A DNA stretch of 64,000 nucleotides from NCBI GenBank assembly GCA_963663165.1, contig OY760175.1:608001-672000 (forward strand). The letters are read 5' to 3'. Shown piece by piece: positions 29,644 through 40,045 of this stretch. Each line of letters begins with the position of its first letter. The stretch's first letter is position 1. The position numbers were made by a program, and so were the translations under genes. This DNA comes from an uncultured Desulfospira sp. Lineage in GTDB: Bacteria > Desulfobacterota > Desulfobacteria > Desulfobacterales > Desulfobacteraceae. Under the pieces are notes generated by a model that was not told the origin of the DNA, searched no databases, and saw only the letters and a list, made by a program, of their open reading frames with translations.

Positions 29644-32600
29644 ATGACCAACCGTAACCATTATATGTTTTATGCTATATATTTCCTTTTTTCTTTGATG
29701 CTGGTTCCCCCGACTGCCTTTGCCAAGCCCCCGAACCAACAGCCATCCACGATCACCTTGACCATTTATGCTTATCCCCAAGAGGTTTCCAGTACGAGCC
29801 CCAGTTTTCTGCTGCGGGTTAAAAACAAATTTAATCAATGGGAAACCCAGACCGTTCAGGCCTCCCAAAGCGTCACCATAGATAAAAACAACGATTTTGA
29901 ATTGATCATTTCCGATGTCGGGGGATGTACCTTAAATTACTGGTACCTTCAGAACGGTTATTACTGGTATTACGGAACCTCCACGCCGGTTTCGTTTACC
30001 TCCGGCCAAAGAAATATTGTTTTTTATATCTTTTACGACTGCTCCGGAACCACCTATTACAGGGACGCCGACGGTGACGGCTATGGGGATCCCAACAACA
30101 GCACCGTGGCCACATCCCAGCCGTATGGTTATGTGGACAATGATGATGACTGCTATGACAATGATGCCACAAAATATCTGGGAGAGACCTGGTTTAAAGA
30201 CAGTGATGCTGACGGGTACACGGACGGATCAACCCAGACCGCCTGTAACCGGCCGTCCGGGTACAGCCTTGAAACGGAACTTTTAGGGCAGGACGATTGT
30301 GATGATGACAATGCCGCCATTAACCCCGGGGCCACGGAAATCTGCCAGGACGGGGTAGACCAGAACTGTGACGGCAGTGATGCCTGCGGGACCCCCTATT
30401 ATCTGGATGCGGACCAGGACGGGTACGGGGATTCAGGTTCTGTTCTCTATGCCGAGTCCCAGCCCGCGGGGTATGTCACCAATGGAGATGACTGCGACGA
30501 CAACGATGCCGATGAATACCCGGGCCAGATCTGGTACCTGGATGCGGACCAGGACGGGTACGGCAGCGGTACCAGTGTGACCGCCTGTTCCCAGCCGGGT
30601 GGCAACTACAAGGTATCTAATGACCTGTCCGCTGTATCCGGGGACTGCAATGACAATGACGGGTCCATTCATCCCAATGCCACCGAAGTTTGTGAAGACG
30701 GTATCGACCAGGACTGTGACGGGTCAGATTCAAGCTGTCTTTCCGATAACGACGGGGACGGATCACCGGCCACAGAGGACTGTGACGACGGCGATGATAC
30801 CATTTGGCCCGGGGCGGTTGAAATCCCGGGGGACGGCATTGACCAGAACTGTGACGGGTCCGATGCCACGGCCGACACCTGTGTGGATTTAGCCGATGCG
30901 CCTTTGGACACCCAGCTCGATGCCTCAGCCCCCAACCTCATGTTCGGGTTAGATGATTCAGGCAGCATGGACTGGGAAATCATGACCAGCGAAACAGAGT
31001 CCCTTTTTGAAGTGGGGAACAGGGATTATGAATATGTGTTTGCGGATCCAGGGGACAATCTTTATCAGACCGGCGTTTACTCCTACAGCGTCAAAACCAG
31101 CGGCAAACAGGATTATTGGCGGTCCCAGTGGCACGAATATAATGTGATTTACTATAACCCCAGTGAAGATTATGACCCCTGGAACGATACCCTTGGGGAC
31201 GCGGATCCCGACAATCCCAGATCTCATCCCTATTACGACGCCAACTATTTTGACTTAAGTGCCCTTTACGGCTCCATTGACGGGGTGACCATCCCCAATG
31301 CCCATTACTATGTCTGGTCCGATGCGGCTTCTTTGCCTTATCTGGTCATTATAGACGGCGGTGCCATCACTTATTATAAGGTCAATGAAACTGGAGAGCG
31401 CATCGGAACCGGGGACCTGTCACAGACTTCAAGCCCGCCAGCGGATGTGGTGACCGGCCGGACCTATGCCGAAGAACGGCAGAATTTTGCCAACTGGTAC
31501 TCTTATTACCGGAAAAGAAGATCCACATCTGTTTCGGCCATTGCAAAGGTTCTGCCCGAGCTTCAGGGGGTGATGGTGGGGATGCGGAGCATTAACGGCC
31601 ATATTATTCAGTCGGTTCTCCCGGTGGGCGTGGAAGGCGTTGACCAAAGTGAGCAAGTTCTTGACAAATTGTTTTCCTACCATCCCGGAACCCACACCAT
31701 TGGCGGAACCCCTTTGCGCAAGGGCTTGAAGAAGATTGGACAGTACTATCATGTGGATGAGACCATCAACCCTTCGGAACCGGAACTGGCCACCTCTCCG
31801 TTGTCCATTGATGCCAGCGGAGAATGCCAGCAAAATTTTGCCATCATGTTCACAGACGGGGCTTACAACGGCCTGTCGCCGGGGCTTGGCAATGTGGACG
31901 GCGCCTACTCCGCGCCCTACGCCGATGACGCCTCCAACACCCTTGCCGATGTGGCCATGTACTACTGGCAGGAAGACCTGGCACCGGGCCTGGATGACAA
32001 TGTGCCCACCAATTTTTACGACACCGCCACCTGGCAGCATATGGTCACCTACACGGTCTCCTTCGGGGTGCAGGGCAACCTGAACCAGGATGATTATGAT
32101 CTGGATAACATTGTTGAGGCCAACCGGATTTATCCCACCTGGCCAAGCCCTATCAACAGTGACAAAGAAAGAATTGACGATCTGTGGCACACGGCTGTGA
32201 ACGGCAAAGGCGTGTATCTGAGCGCGAGCACCCCCCAGGAACTGGTGGATGCCTTTGAGCAGGTGGTCTCTAATGTGCTGGCCCGGATTGGGTCCGGTGC
32301 ATCGGTTTCCATTAACGGGGAAGAACTCCAGGAAGGGCTGGTGCTTTACCAGTCCATTTACTCCACCAACCGGTGGACCGGGGATGTCATTGCCTATGAA
32401 GTGGACAGCTCCACCGGTAGCGTTGACCTTGAATCTCCCCTCTGGTCGGGCAGTGAAATCCTGGATGCCGCGATTAACAGCAACTCCGATTACTGGGATA
32501 CCGGCCGGCTCATAGCGACCTATGACGATTCAATTGCTTCACCTGCCGGAATCCCCTTCCGGTTTGCCAAATTAAATACGGCCCAGCAGGCTGTTCTAAC

Positions 32601-34377
32601 CAGTTCGGATATGGTGGAGTACCTTCGGGGGAACCATGCCAATGAAGAGCAGAACTCCGGGACCTTAAGATCCAGGTACCTTTTGGACGATAACGGCAAT
32701 TATCTGAGGGCCACAGTCCTGTCCGACGTGGTTCACTCAGCCCCCCTTTATTTTGGTGATACCATTTATGCCGGCGGCAACGACGGCATGCTCCATGCCT
32801 TTGATGCGTCATCGGGAAAGGAATTGTTTGCCTATGTGCCCAACCTGGTATTTGAAAACCTGGCCGATCTGACTGATCCCGACTACACCCACCAATATTA
32901 CGTTGATTTAACCCCTTATGCCAAAACCATTGATGTTGAGTCCACCAGTATCCTTACCGGCCTCACCAGCGTCACCTATCAATCCCTTCTGGTAGGAGGT
33001 CTAGGAAAAGGCGGGAAAGGGGTTTACTGTCTGGACATTACCGATGCCTCAACGGCCGTCACCACCGAAGATATTCTGGCGTCCCGGGTGTTGTGGGAAT
33101 TTCCCAACAGCACCACATCAACATCGGATATCAATGACATGGGATACTCATACGCCAAGGCCTTTATTGTTGAAACGAGGTCCAGTGCCCATCCCTGGGT
33201 GGCCATATTCGGCAACGGATACAACAGCCCCAATCATGATGCGGTGCTGTTTATTGTCGATGCCCTGACCGGCGATCTGGTTAAAAAGATCAGCACCGGT
33301 GCCAACAGCGCCTGCAACGGGCTTTCAACACCGCTTGCCATTGATGTGGTCATGGAAGACAGCAATGTGGCCGATCTGATGGTATCCGGCTCCGACGGCA
33401 AGGTGGATTATGTTTATGCCGGCGACCTTCTGGGCAATTTATGGAAATTTGACCTGACCAGTGAGGATACAACGGACTGGGATGTGGCTTATAAAAACGG
33501 CTCGGCCAATATGCCGTTGTTCCAGGCCAAGGATGATTACGGCAATCCCCAGCCCATCACCACCAAACCCAATGCCATGTACCATTGTGACAGCAGCATG
33601 CACGGATATTTGATCTTTTTTGGCACGGGCCGGTACCTGGGCATCACAGATCTGACCCACACCAGCCAGCAGACCCTTTACGGGATTTGGGATTACGGCG
33701 ATGATTCTGACGACAGTGAATACTTAGGCTCATTTGAACGGAACAGCACCCAGGCCTTGTCCAACCAACCCCAGACCGTCAGCCTTCTGGAACAAAGCAT
33801 CTACTGGACCGGCACCGTGAATTCCACCGAATACCGGATCTTAACGGACAACACCATCACCTGGGCCACCGTGGTGGATCCGGATACGCCACCCAATTCT
33901 GACACGGTCCTGTATGACAACCCTTCCGATGTCGAAACCAACCAGGTAGGATGGTACTTTGACCTGCCCGATAGCGGGGAGAGAATTGTCAGGGACCTTG
34001 AAATCAGGTCCGGCAAAGTGGTGTTGATCACCTCCATACCCCAGACCGATTCCCCCTGTGTGGCCGGCGGTGAATCCTGGCTTATGGAAATTGACGCCTG
34101 CTCGGGCGGACGCACATCGGACGCCGAACTGGATATCAATGATGACGGGGTGATTGACGATGATGATAAAATTACCGTCACGGTGAACGGGCAAACCTTA
34201 ACCCTTCCCCCCACCGGGCTTAAATACTCGACCATGATGTACCCCCCCATGATCGTTGACAACCCGGATGATGATACGGAACTCAAATATTTCAGCACCT
34301 CATCGGGCAGCGTGGTCATCATGCAGGAAGACGATGAAGGGGTTGGGATGACCTTTTGGCGGTTTAAGGAGGATTAG
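29644..34377 (+). CDS. pilY1: PilY1 family pilus tip adhesin with Cys/Asp-rich repeats, vWA-like domain and C-terminal beta-propeller
   Basis: Signal peptide; DCDD..PGA.E.C.DG.DQ.CDG repeats; MIDAS-like LDDSGSM and FTDG; GGNDGMLHAF, YAGDLLGNLWKFD, GWYFDL; Ca-loop DINDDGVIDDDD. Confidence 0.92.
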   Translation: MTNRNHYMFYAIYFLFSLMLVPPTAFAKPPNQQPSTITLTIYAYPQEVSSTSPSFLLRVKNKFNQWETQTVQASQSVTIDKNNDFELIISDVGGCTLNYWYLQNGYYWYYGTSTPVSFTSGQRNIVFYIFYDCSGTTYYRDADGDGYGDPNNSTVATSQPYGYVDNDDDCYDNDATKYLGETWFKDSDADGYTDGSTQTACNRPSGYSLETELLGQDDCDDDNAAINPGATEICQDGVDQNCDGSDACGTPYYLDADQDGYGDSGSVLYAESQPAGYVTNGDDCDDNDADEYPGQIWYLDADQDGYGSGTSVTACSQPGGNYKVSNDLSAVSGDCNDNDGSIHPNATEVCEDGIDQDCDGSDSSCLSDNDGDGSPATEDCDDGDDTIWPGAVEIPGDGIDQNCDGSDATADTCVDLADAPLDTQLDASAPNLMFGLDDSGSMDWEIMTSETESLFEVGNRDYEYVFADPGDNLYQTGVYSYSVKTSGKQDYWRSQWHEYNVIYYNPSEDYDPWNDTLGDADPDNPRSHPYYDANYFDLSALYGSIDGVTIPNAHYYVWSDAASLPYLVIIDGGAITYYKVNETGERIGTGDLSQTSSPPADVVTGRTYAEERQNFANWYSYYRKRRSTSVSAIAKVLPELQGVMVGMRSINGHIIQSVLPVGVEGVDQSEQVLDKLFSYHPGTHTIGGTPLRKGLKKIGQYYHVDETINPSEPELATSPLSIDASGECQQNFAIMFTDGAYNGLSPGLGNVDGAYSAPYADDASNTLADVAMYYWQEDLAPGLDDNVPTNFYDTATWQHMVTYTVSFGVQGNLNQDDYDLDNIVEANRIYPTWPSPINSDKERIDDLWHTAVNGKGVYLSASTPQELVDAFEQVVSNVLARIGSGASVSINGEELQEGLVLYQSIYSTNRWTGDVIAYEVDSSTGSVDLESPLWSGSEILDAAINSNSDYWDTGRLIATYDDSIASPAGIPFRFAKLNTAQQAVLTSSDMVEYLRGNHANEEQNSGTLRSRYLLDDNGNYLRATVLSDVVHSAPLYFGDTIYAGGNDGMLHAFDASSGKELFAYVPNLVFENLADLTDPDYTHQYYVDLTPYAKTIDVESTSILTGLTSVTYQSLLVGGLGKGGKGVYCLDITDASTAVTTEDILASRVLWEFPNSTTSTSDINDMGYSYAKAFIVETRSSAHPWVAIFGNGYNSPNHDAVLFIVDALTGDLVKKISTGANSACNGLSTPLAIDVVMEDSNVADLMVSGSDGKVDYVYAGDLLGNLWKFDLTSEDTTDWDVAYKNGSANMPLFQAKDDYGNPQPITTKPNAMYHCDSSMHGYLIFFGTGRYLGITDLTHTSQQTLYGIWDYGDDSDDSEYLGSFERNSTQALSNQPQTVSLLEQSIYWTGTVNSTEYRILTDNTITWATVVDPDTPPNSDTVLYDNPSDVETNQVGWYFDLPDSGERIVRDLEIRSGKVVLITSIPQTDSPCVAGGESWLMEIDACSGGRTSDAELDINDDGVIDDDDKITVTVNGQTLTLPPTGLKYSTMMYPPMIVDNPDDDTELKYFSTSSGSVVIMQEDDEGVGMTFWRFKED

Positions 34378-34380
34378 AAG

Positions 34381-34758
34381 GTGAAACAGGCAAAATTTAT
34401 CATGCTCTTAACAGCGGTTTTGATGGCGGCTGTTTGGGGTATCATAACGGAATCTTTTGCAGATGATCTTGAAATTCTGCCGGTCCAGTCGGTTCCCCAA
34501 ATCAACCCGGCAAAGACCGTTAAAGGACTTTTTGACTTTGACTCAGGGGGCACCATTTTAAGGATCGGCCATGATGAAAGCGGGAAAAAAATTATTGTTG
34601 TGGACGACCGGTTGCGATACTTTTCACCCGGGGTTGCCTTTTATGATGACCAGGGAAGCCGCATTGCTGAAACCCAATTTAAACAAGGCAGCCAGGTGGG
34701 CTACTTTCTTAATGAAAACCGGCAGATCATCAAGCTGTATCTGCTGGAGAACCAGTAA
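34381..34758 (+). CDS. Secreted small protein, PilY2-like
   Basis: Signal peptide, starts 3 nt after pilY1; motifs FDSGGTI, IVVDDRL, FKQGSQVGY, IIKLYL. Confidence 0.55.
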   Translation: MKQAKFIMLLTAVLMAAVWGIITESFADDLEILPVQSVPQINPAKTVKGLFDFDSGGTILRIGHDESGKKIIVVDDRLRYFSPGVAFYDDQGSRIAETQFKQGSQVGYFLNENRQIIKLYLLENQ

Positions 34759-34792
34759 GTCACCAAAGGCCTGACATAAAGGAGTGCCGCAA

Positions 34793-35302
34793 ATGAGGAT
34801 CATATTCGCTGTATTGGCCATAAGTTTTGCCTTTGGGCCGGTGGTTTCGGCCGATATTTATAAATACGTGGATCACAACGGGGTAACTGTTTATACGGAC
34901 AACCTTGCCGAAGTTCCCCCGGATCAGCGGCATAATGTGCCCAGTTTTAAAGAAATCAATTCTCCTGAAACCCATGTGGTGTCTGATACCCGACCGGATA
35001 TAAAGGGCACAAAGGCTAACAATGCCGCCACCCTGAACCGGCAAAATAAGGCAGGGCAGGGGACCTTGTCCGGACACCAACGGTTAGAGCAAAAAAAGAA
35101 GACACTGGATCAGGAGTACGAAAATCTGGTCCGGCAGCGCCAGGCATTAAAAAAGGAGAATCCTGACTTAACCACCGCCAAAGGACTTGAGGAATACCGG
35201 AAAAAGGTGATGGCCTTAAACGGTCAAATCAAGGATTTTGAAACCCGAAGGAAAGCTTTTGCCCTGGAAGCCGCTCAGTTTAATTCAGAAAACAACCCCT
35301 AA
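34793..35302 (+). CDS. DUF4124-domain secreted protein with coiled coil
   Basis: ADIYKYVDHNGVTVYTD after a signal peptide; RBS AAGGAG. Confidence 0.82.
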   Translation: MRIIFAVLAISFAFGPVVSADIYKYVDHNGVTVYTDNLAEVPPDQRHNVPSFKEINSPETHVVSDTRPDIKGTKANNAATLNRQNKAGQGTLSGHQRLEQKKKTLDQEYENLVRQRQALKKENPDLTTAKGLEEYRKKVMALNGQIKDFETRRKAFALEAAQFNSENNP

Positions 35303-36156
35303 TAAATTTTACGTTTTGAAAAACCTTTTCCCAGCACATTAAAGGTATTTTCCGTAATCAGGAAGGCGTCCGGATCAATGTTAAACACGATTTCTTCAAT
35401 CCGCTTGATCTGGTAGGTGTTGACCACGGTAAGGATGATCTCTTTATTTTCACCCGTATACGCTCCCTCGCCTTTTAGAAAAGTGGCGCCACGGTTCAGC
35501 TTATTCATAATTTGTGTTGTAATTTCACGGGGTTTCTGGGAAACGATAATGACCATTTTTCTTTGGTTGAACATGGCCATACAAGAATCAATGACCTGGG
35601 AAGAGATATAGGACGTGGCCATAGAGTAAAGGATAATATCGGTTTCAAGTGAAGCAAAACTGAATATGAACAGGATAAAGTTGAATGTAAAGTTGTAAGA
35701 CCCGATCCTGACACCATATTTCTGGTTAAGGATAATAGAGATAATGTCATTGCCGCCGGCCGATCCCAATGACCTGAAAATAATGCCGGCGCCCGCCCCG
35801 ACAAAGGCCCCGCCGGCCAGGGCGGCAAGCCAGTGGTCTTTTACGCCGATTTCAAATCCCACCAGATCAATCATAACCGTCAGGACAAGGGTGCCGTAAA
35901 GGCTGTATAAAAAAAACCTGCGGGAAATAAACCGGTAGCCGATCATAAACACCGGAATATTCAGCACCAGATACCAAAGGCCTGGCGTCAGGGCATCTGT
36001 GGCGTAATAAAGAAGAAGCCCCAGCCCGGAAAATCCCCCGAGAATCATTCCATGGGGAATCAGAATGGCCTTCAGGCCAATGGACAGGATAACACTGCCC
36101 AGGGTGATCAAAAAAAGGTTCCATGCCGCCGAATAACTGATGTTTTGAAATTTCAT
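35299..36156 (-). CDS. YitT family membrane protein
   Basis: GGFSGLG, LNIP, GSAGGND, NRGAT, GEGAYTG and IDPDAF motifs. Confidence 0.9.
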   Translation of the reverse strand: MKFQNISYSAAWNLFLITLGSVILSIGLKAILIPHGMILGGFSGLGLLLYYATDALTPGLWYLVLNIPVFMIGYRFISRRFFLYSLYGTLVLTVMIDLVGFEIGVKDHWLAALAGGAFVGAGAGIIFRSLGSAGGNDIISIILNQKYGVRIGSYNFTFNFILFIFSFASLETDIILYSMATSYISSQVIDSCMAMFNQRKMVIIVSQKPREITTQIMNKLNRGATFLKGEGAYTGENKEIILTVVNTYQIKRIEEIVFNIDPDAFLITENTFNVLGKGFSKRKIY

Positions 36157-36274
36157 TGGCTCCCCCATTGGCTTTAATTAACCCCTTGCAAACACGATAG
36201 TGAAAAAAGCTTTTTCTAATATACCATAGACTTTTGAATTTCAAGTTTTTTTCGGTTATACTACAAAAGATCCC

Positions 36275-36436
36275 CAGACCGCAGACCGAAAGCCGGGAGA
36301 CCGGATCTTGTGATTCCCTGCGGTTGTTTTTCTTGCTTTCAATCATGCTTAAACCGGTTAACGCAAGAGCATAAGCCAAGATGGCGATCCCCGAATCTGG
36401 CATCCGGTCTGCGGTTTCCCGTTTCCGGTTTACCGG
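36275..36436. repeat. Inverted heptamer-period arms (CAGACCG family) around a ~95-nt core
   Basis: Left arm CAGACCGCAGACCGAAAGCCGGGAGACCGGAT; right arm ATCCGGTCTGCGGTTTCCCGTTTCCGGTTTACCGG. Shares the 14-mer CAGACCGCAGACCG with 10898-10911. Confidence 0.75.
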
Positions 36437-36507
36437 GTTTATATATGAAGAAATATTGAATTTTTTTCATTGGGCTTGCAAATCCATATCAGGAATATCA
36501 TACTCCA

Positions 36508-37983
36508 TTGATGACCTTGTTTCACAAAATATTTTCGGTCCAGTTTCTGACCTCTCTGGTCCTGCTGTTTTCGGTATTCATTACCATTCAAATATCCACT
36601 GCCAGACATTTTGAAGAAATAGAAAATATGATTGAAAAGGACATGGTGACCACCATTTCCGATAGACTCTGCATTGATTTTGAACGGCACGGCAACTGGA
36701 ACCATTTCCAGCGTAACCCCCAATCCTTTGAACATCTGATGGAAAACCTTATCGCCAAAAAAGAGTTTTTCAAGACTATGCCGCCGCCCAAAGCGCCTGA
36801 GCCCCGCAACGATAACGGACCGTTTCCTGCGCCCATTAAACCCGGCCCTTCAGCCATGCCAGAGCGTGAACGGTCAACCCCCCGGTTTGGCCCTCCCCAC
36901 AGAAGACTGACCCTGTTTGATCAAAACCAGGTCAAGATCGCCGGGGCATTTGTCCGTCCGGAGGATAAGGATTCTCTGAAAATTAGCTCTATTCTATGTG
37001 ATGGGAAACCGGTGGGGTATATTGGGTTCAGAAAAATGGACCGGTATTCTGACGCATTTAGATTTTCATTTAAAAACCGCTTGAACGATCTTTATATGGT
37101 CGGGATTATCCTCTTTATCCTGACCGGCCTGGCCTCTTTTTATCTGTCCAGGCTGATTTTATCTCCGGTGGGAAAGCTCACAAAGGGAACCCATGCCTTA
37201 ACCCGGTTTAATTTCGCTACCCGCATCAATGTCAGGACTAACGACGAATTGGGCCGGTTAGCCGATGATTTTAACCGAATGGCCGCAACCCTTGAACGGT
37301 ACGAGACCATGCGAAAGCAGTGGGTGGTGGATATTTCCCATGAACTAAGAACACCCTTATCCATTCTCAAGGGCGAGCTTGAGGCCCTTCAGGACGGTAT
37401 CAGGCCCTTTGACCGGGCCCATGTGGATTCGCTGCATTCGGAAGTGGTCTACCTTGAAACCCTGGTCAATGACCTTCATCTCCTGTCCGCAGCCGATACC
37501 CATGCCCTTTCCGTTATCATGGAACCTTTAAAGCCGGTGGTGGTGGTGCGTTCGGTCATTGATACCTTTGCCATGCGCCTGGAGCAGGCGCAGCTCTCAA
37601 TAAATATCCGGTTAAAGGAAAACCATTGTACCGTTAAGGCCGACGGGGCCAGGTTAAAGCAGGTATTTTCAAATATTTTTGAAAATAACTTTCAATATAC
37701 GGGAAAACCCGGCACTATTTCGGTATGGGATAAAATTCAAGATCACACCCTTATCATTGGCGTCCAGGACACCGGCCCCGGGGTACCGCCCGAAAGCCTT
37801 GAAAAAATATTTGACCGGCTTTACCGGGTGGATCCGTCCAGGAAACGAAGCCTTAAAGGGTCCGGGCTTGGACTGTCTATTTGCAAGGCCATCATCAATG
37901 CCCATGATGGCGATATATCAGCAACCTTAACCAAAGAAGGTGGACTGTTGATTACAATTCATCTTCCCCTTATTGAACCATGA
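36508..37983 (+). CDS. Sensor histidine kinase (BaeS-like; HAMP, HisKA, HATPase)
   Basis: DELGRLA, DISHELRTPL, DTGPG and GSGLGL motifs. Confidence 0.93.
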   Translation: MMTLFHKIFSVQFLTSLVLLFSVFITIQISTARHFEEIENMIEKDMVTTISDRLCIDFERHGNWNHFQRNPQSFEHLMENLIAKKEFFKTMPPPKAPEPRNDNGPFPAPIKPGPSAMPERERSTPRFGPPHRRLTLFDQNQVKIAGAFVRPEDKDSLKISSILCDGKPVGYIGFRKMDRYSDAFRFSFKNRLNDLYMVGIILFILTGLASFYLSRLILSPVGKLTKGTHALTRFNFATRINVRTNDELGRLADDFNRMAATLERYETMRKQWVVDISHELRTPLSILKGELEALQDGIRPFDRAHVDSLHSEVVYLETLVNDLHLLSAADTHALSVIMEPLKPVVVVRSVIDTFAMRLEQAQLSINIRLKENHCTVKADGARLKQVFSNIFENNFQYTGKPGTISVWDKIQDHTLIIGVQDTGPGVPPESLEKIFDRLYRVDPSRKRSLKGSGLGLSICKAIINAHDGDISATLTKEGGLLITIHLPLIEP

Positions 37984-38672
37984 AACCTAAAAAAAACATT
38001 TTAATTGTCGAAGACGAAAAAAAAATCGCAGACCTGCTCAGTGAGTATCTTTTAGCAGACGGTTTTGAACCCAGTGTCCTTTACCGGGGGGACCAGGTGC
38101 TCGATGCGGTAAAACAGCAATCGCCCGACCTGCTCATTCTCGATATCATGCTGCCGGGACTCGATGGCCTGACCATTTGCCAGGAACTTCGGAAACGGTA
38201 TTCATTTCCCATTATCATGCTGACCTCCCGGATTCAGGAAGAGGATGTCCTGCTTGGACTCAAGCTTGGTGCAGATGATTACATCTGCAAACCCTTCAGC
38301 CCCAGAGAAGTGGTGGCCAGGGTAAACACGGTGATGAGAAGAAGCCGGGCCGCCTTTTCCCACGAGCAGATTAAAATCGGCTGTATCAGCCTGAACAGCG
38401 AATCCCGGGATGTTACCATTGACGGCCAGACCATCCAGTTGACCCACAATGAATACGGCATTCTAAAAAGCATGATGATTCAGCCGGGCAAGGTGGTGTC
38501 CAGAGAAGATCTGATCAAAAAAGTTCAGGGGTATGAATACGGTGAATACAAGCGGACCATCGACACCCACATCAAAAATATAAGAAAAAAAATCGCCACA
38601 GCACTTCCTGATGACAAGGTCATCCTGTCCGTATACGGTATGGGATATAAATTTAATTCTGATCTGTTCTGA
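37980..38672 (+). CDS. OmpR-family response regulator (BaeR-like)
   Basis: IVEDE, LDIMLP, GADDYICKPFSPRE and RTIDTHIKNIR motifs. Confidence 0.94.
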   Translation: MKPKKNILIVEDEKKIADLLSEYLLADGFEPSVLYRGDQVLDAVKQQSPDLLILDIMLPGLDGLTICQELRKRYSFPIIMLTSRIQEEDVLLGLKLGADDYICKPFSPREVVARVNTVMRRSRAAFSHEQIKIGCISLNSESRDVTIDGQTIQLTHNEYGILKSMMIQPGKVVSREDLIKKVQGYEYGEYKRTIDTHIKNIRKKIATALPDDKVILSVYGMGYKFNSDLF

Positions 38673-38678
38673 TAATTC

Positions 38679-39599
38679 ATGGCAACATTTACGGCTTATC
38701 GTAACTCAGTGCCTGGCCTGCTCTTTTTCCTTTGTGCCATCCTCTTTTGGGGGTGTGCCAAAGAGATTCCTGTTTTTGAAGGAAGCCTGATGAGATCCGG
38801 CATTGTGGCCGATGGAAATGACATGGACTGGCCCGTGGCCCCGCCGTTGTATTTTGATGAGGAAAACCGGACCGGTATCCGGGTCATGAACGACAGGAAA
38901 ACCCTTTGTGTTCTGGTGACCATTGCCGGCCAATCCCTGAAACAGCAATTGGCCGCCCGGGGATTCAGGTTAACCCTGGATACCCTAAAGGAGGGGACCA
39001 GCCCGTTTTCCATTGAAATTCAAGGCCGGGACCCTTTTTTCGGCCACGGCCTTGAAAAAAAGAACACGGATTCATCAGGAACGCCCCTGTCCCGGGATAA
39101 ACAAAAGCAGCCGCCGGAAGGGGGGCCAATGGGGCCTTCTCAAGGCCCCCAGAAAGATGTCTCAGGTTCTTTGCCTTCTGACCTGTTGGCCCACCGGTCG
39201 ATTTTGATCACCTATCCCCATTCTTCGGGGGAAATGGAAATGACGGTTGCCCAGGCAGGGGATTACGGTATTAAGCTTGGCATGAAAATAATAGATTTTT
39301 CCCGTCTGGTGTTTGAGGCCCAAATCAGGCTCGACGCTGTACTGCCTGATGAAACCAGTGATTTCAACAATCCGGTTTGCCTTGTACTTTCAACCACAGG
39401 GCGCGGTCAGGGATTTATGCCGGACAAGGGTTCCATGGGGGACATGCCCGGTAACGGCCCGGGCGGCCCCGGGGGCGGCGGTCCTATGGGCAACGGGGGT
39501 GCCCCCGGAAACGGCGGGCCCCCAATGCAGCAGGGCGACAAGCGCAATGCAGGCCCCTTTGAAGCGATGGTCAAATTTCATCTTGCCGGCATGCCGTAA
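38679..39599 (+). CDS. Hypothetical lipoprotein with Gly/Pro/Met-rich low-complexity segments
   Basis: Lipobox-like FWGC; starts 6 nt after the regulator. Confidence 0.7.
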   Translation: MATFTAYRNSVPGLLFFLCAILFWGCAKEIPVFEGSLMRSGIVADGNDMDWPVAPPLYFDEENRTGIRVMNDRKTLCVLVTIAGQSLKQQLAARGFRLTLDTLKEGTSPFSIEIQGRDPFFGHGLEKKNTDSSGTPLSRDKQKQPPEGGPMGPSQGPQKDVSGSLPSDLLAHRSILITYPHSSGEMEMTVAQAGDYGIKLGMKIIDFSRLVFEAQIRLDAVLPDETSDFNNPVCLVLSTTGRGQGFMPDKGSMGDMPGNGPGGPGGGGPMGNGGAPGNGGPPMQQGDKRNAGPFEAMVKFHLAGMP

Positions 39600-39636
39600 A
39601 CATTGAAGCGACGGGTTCTTTTTTTAAGCTTTTCAT

Positions 39637-39678
39637 AAAAAAAGACCCGCCGCAAAGTCTTGGGCTTTGCGGCGGGTC
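39637..39678 (-). terminator. Rho-independent terminator of hpf; an overlapping alternative hairpin at 39608-39653 may serve the + strand
   Basis: 14-bp stem GACCCGCCGCAAAG/CTTTGCGGCGGGTC followed by U7 on the - strand. Confidence 0.85.
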
Positions 39679-39700
39679 CGGTTAGCAATGATAAGGATGC

Positions 39701-40045
39701 TTAGGATGCTTCAAGAATGGTGTCACCGGTCTTGATGCTTTTCTTGTCGCCGGACAGATGCCGGCGCTGTTTGTCTTTATTTTTCGTTATCTGAAGCCTG
39801 ACCTTGTCAAAAAGGGTATCGATCACAGCGTAAAGGTTGTTTTCAGCCTCTTCTCTGGCGTGGATTTTAAGTTTGTCACAGTTGAGTTTGATGTCTGCGC
39901 TGTTGCGCAGCTTTTCAACTCCAAGAACGATGTGTGCATCTGCTGGGAAATCCAGCAGTTTATCAAGCCGTTCGAATTTTTCCTGAACGTGGCTTTTTAC
40001 CGCTTCTGAAGAGTCAATGTTTTTGAAAGTAATGGATATTTGCAT
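39701..40045 (-). CDS. raiA: Ribosome hibernation factor HPF/RaiA (short form)
   Basis: MQISITFKNIDSSEAVK and NLYAVID; RBS AGGAGG. Confidence 0.88.
   Translation of the reverse strand: MQISITFKNIDSSEAVKSHVQEKFERLDKLLDFPADAHIVLGVEKLRNSADIKLNCDKLKIHAREEAENNLYAVIDTLFDKVRLQITKNKDKQRRHLSGDKKSIKTGDTILEAS

Noticed and set aside
39430..39530. G/C-rich repeat-like stretch as a non-coding element
   Set aside because: It is explained by the Gly/Pro-rich low-complexity coding segment of the lipoprotein.
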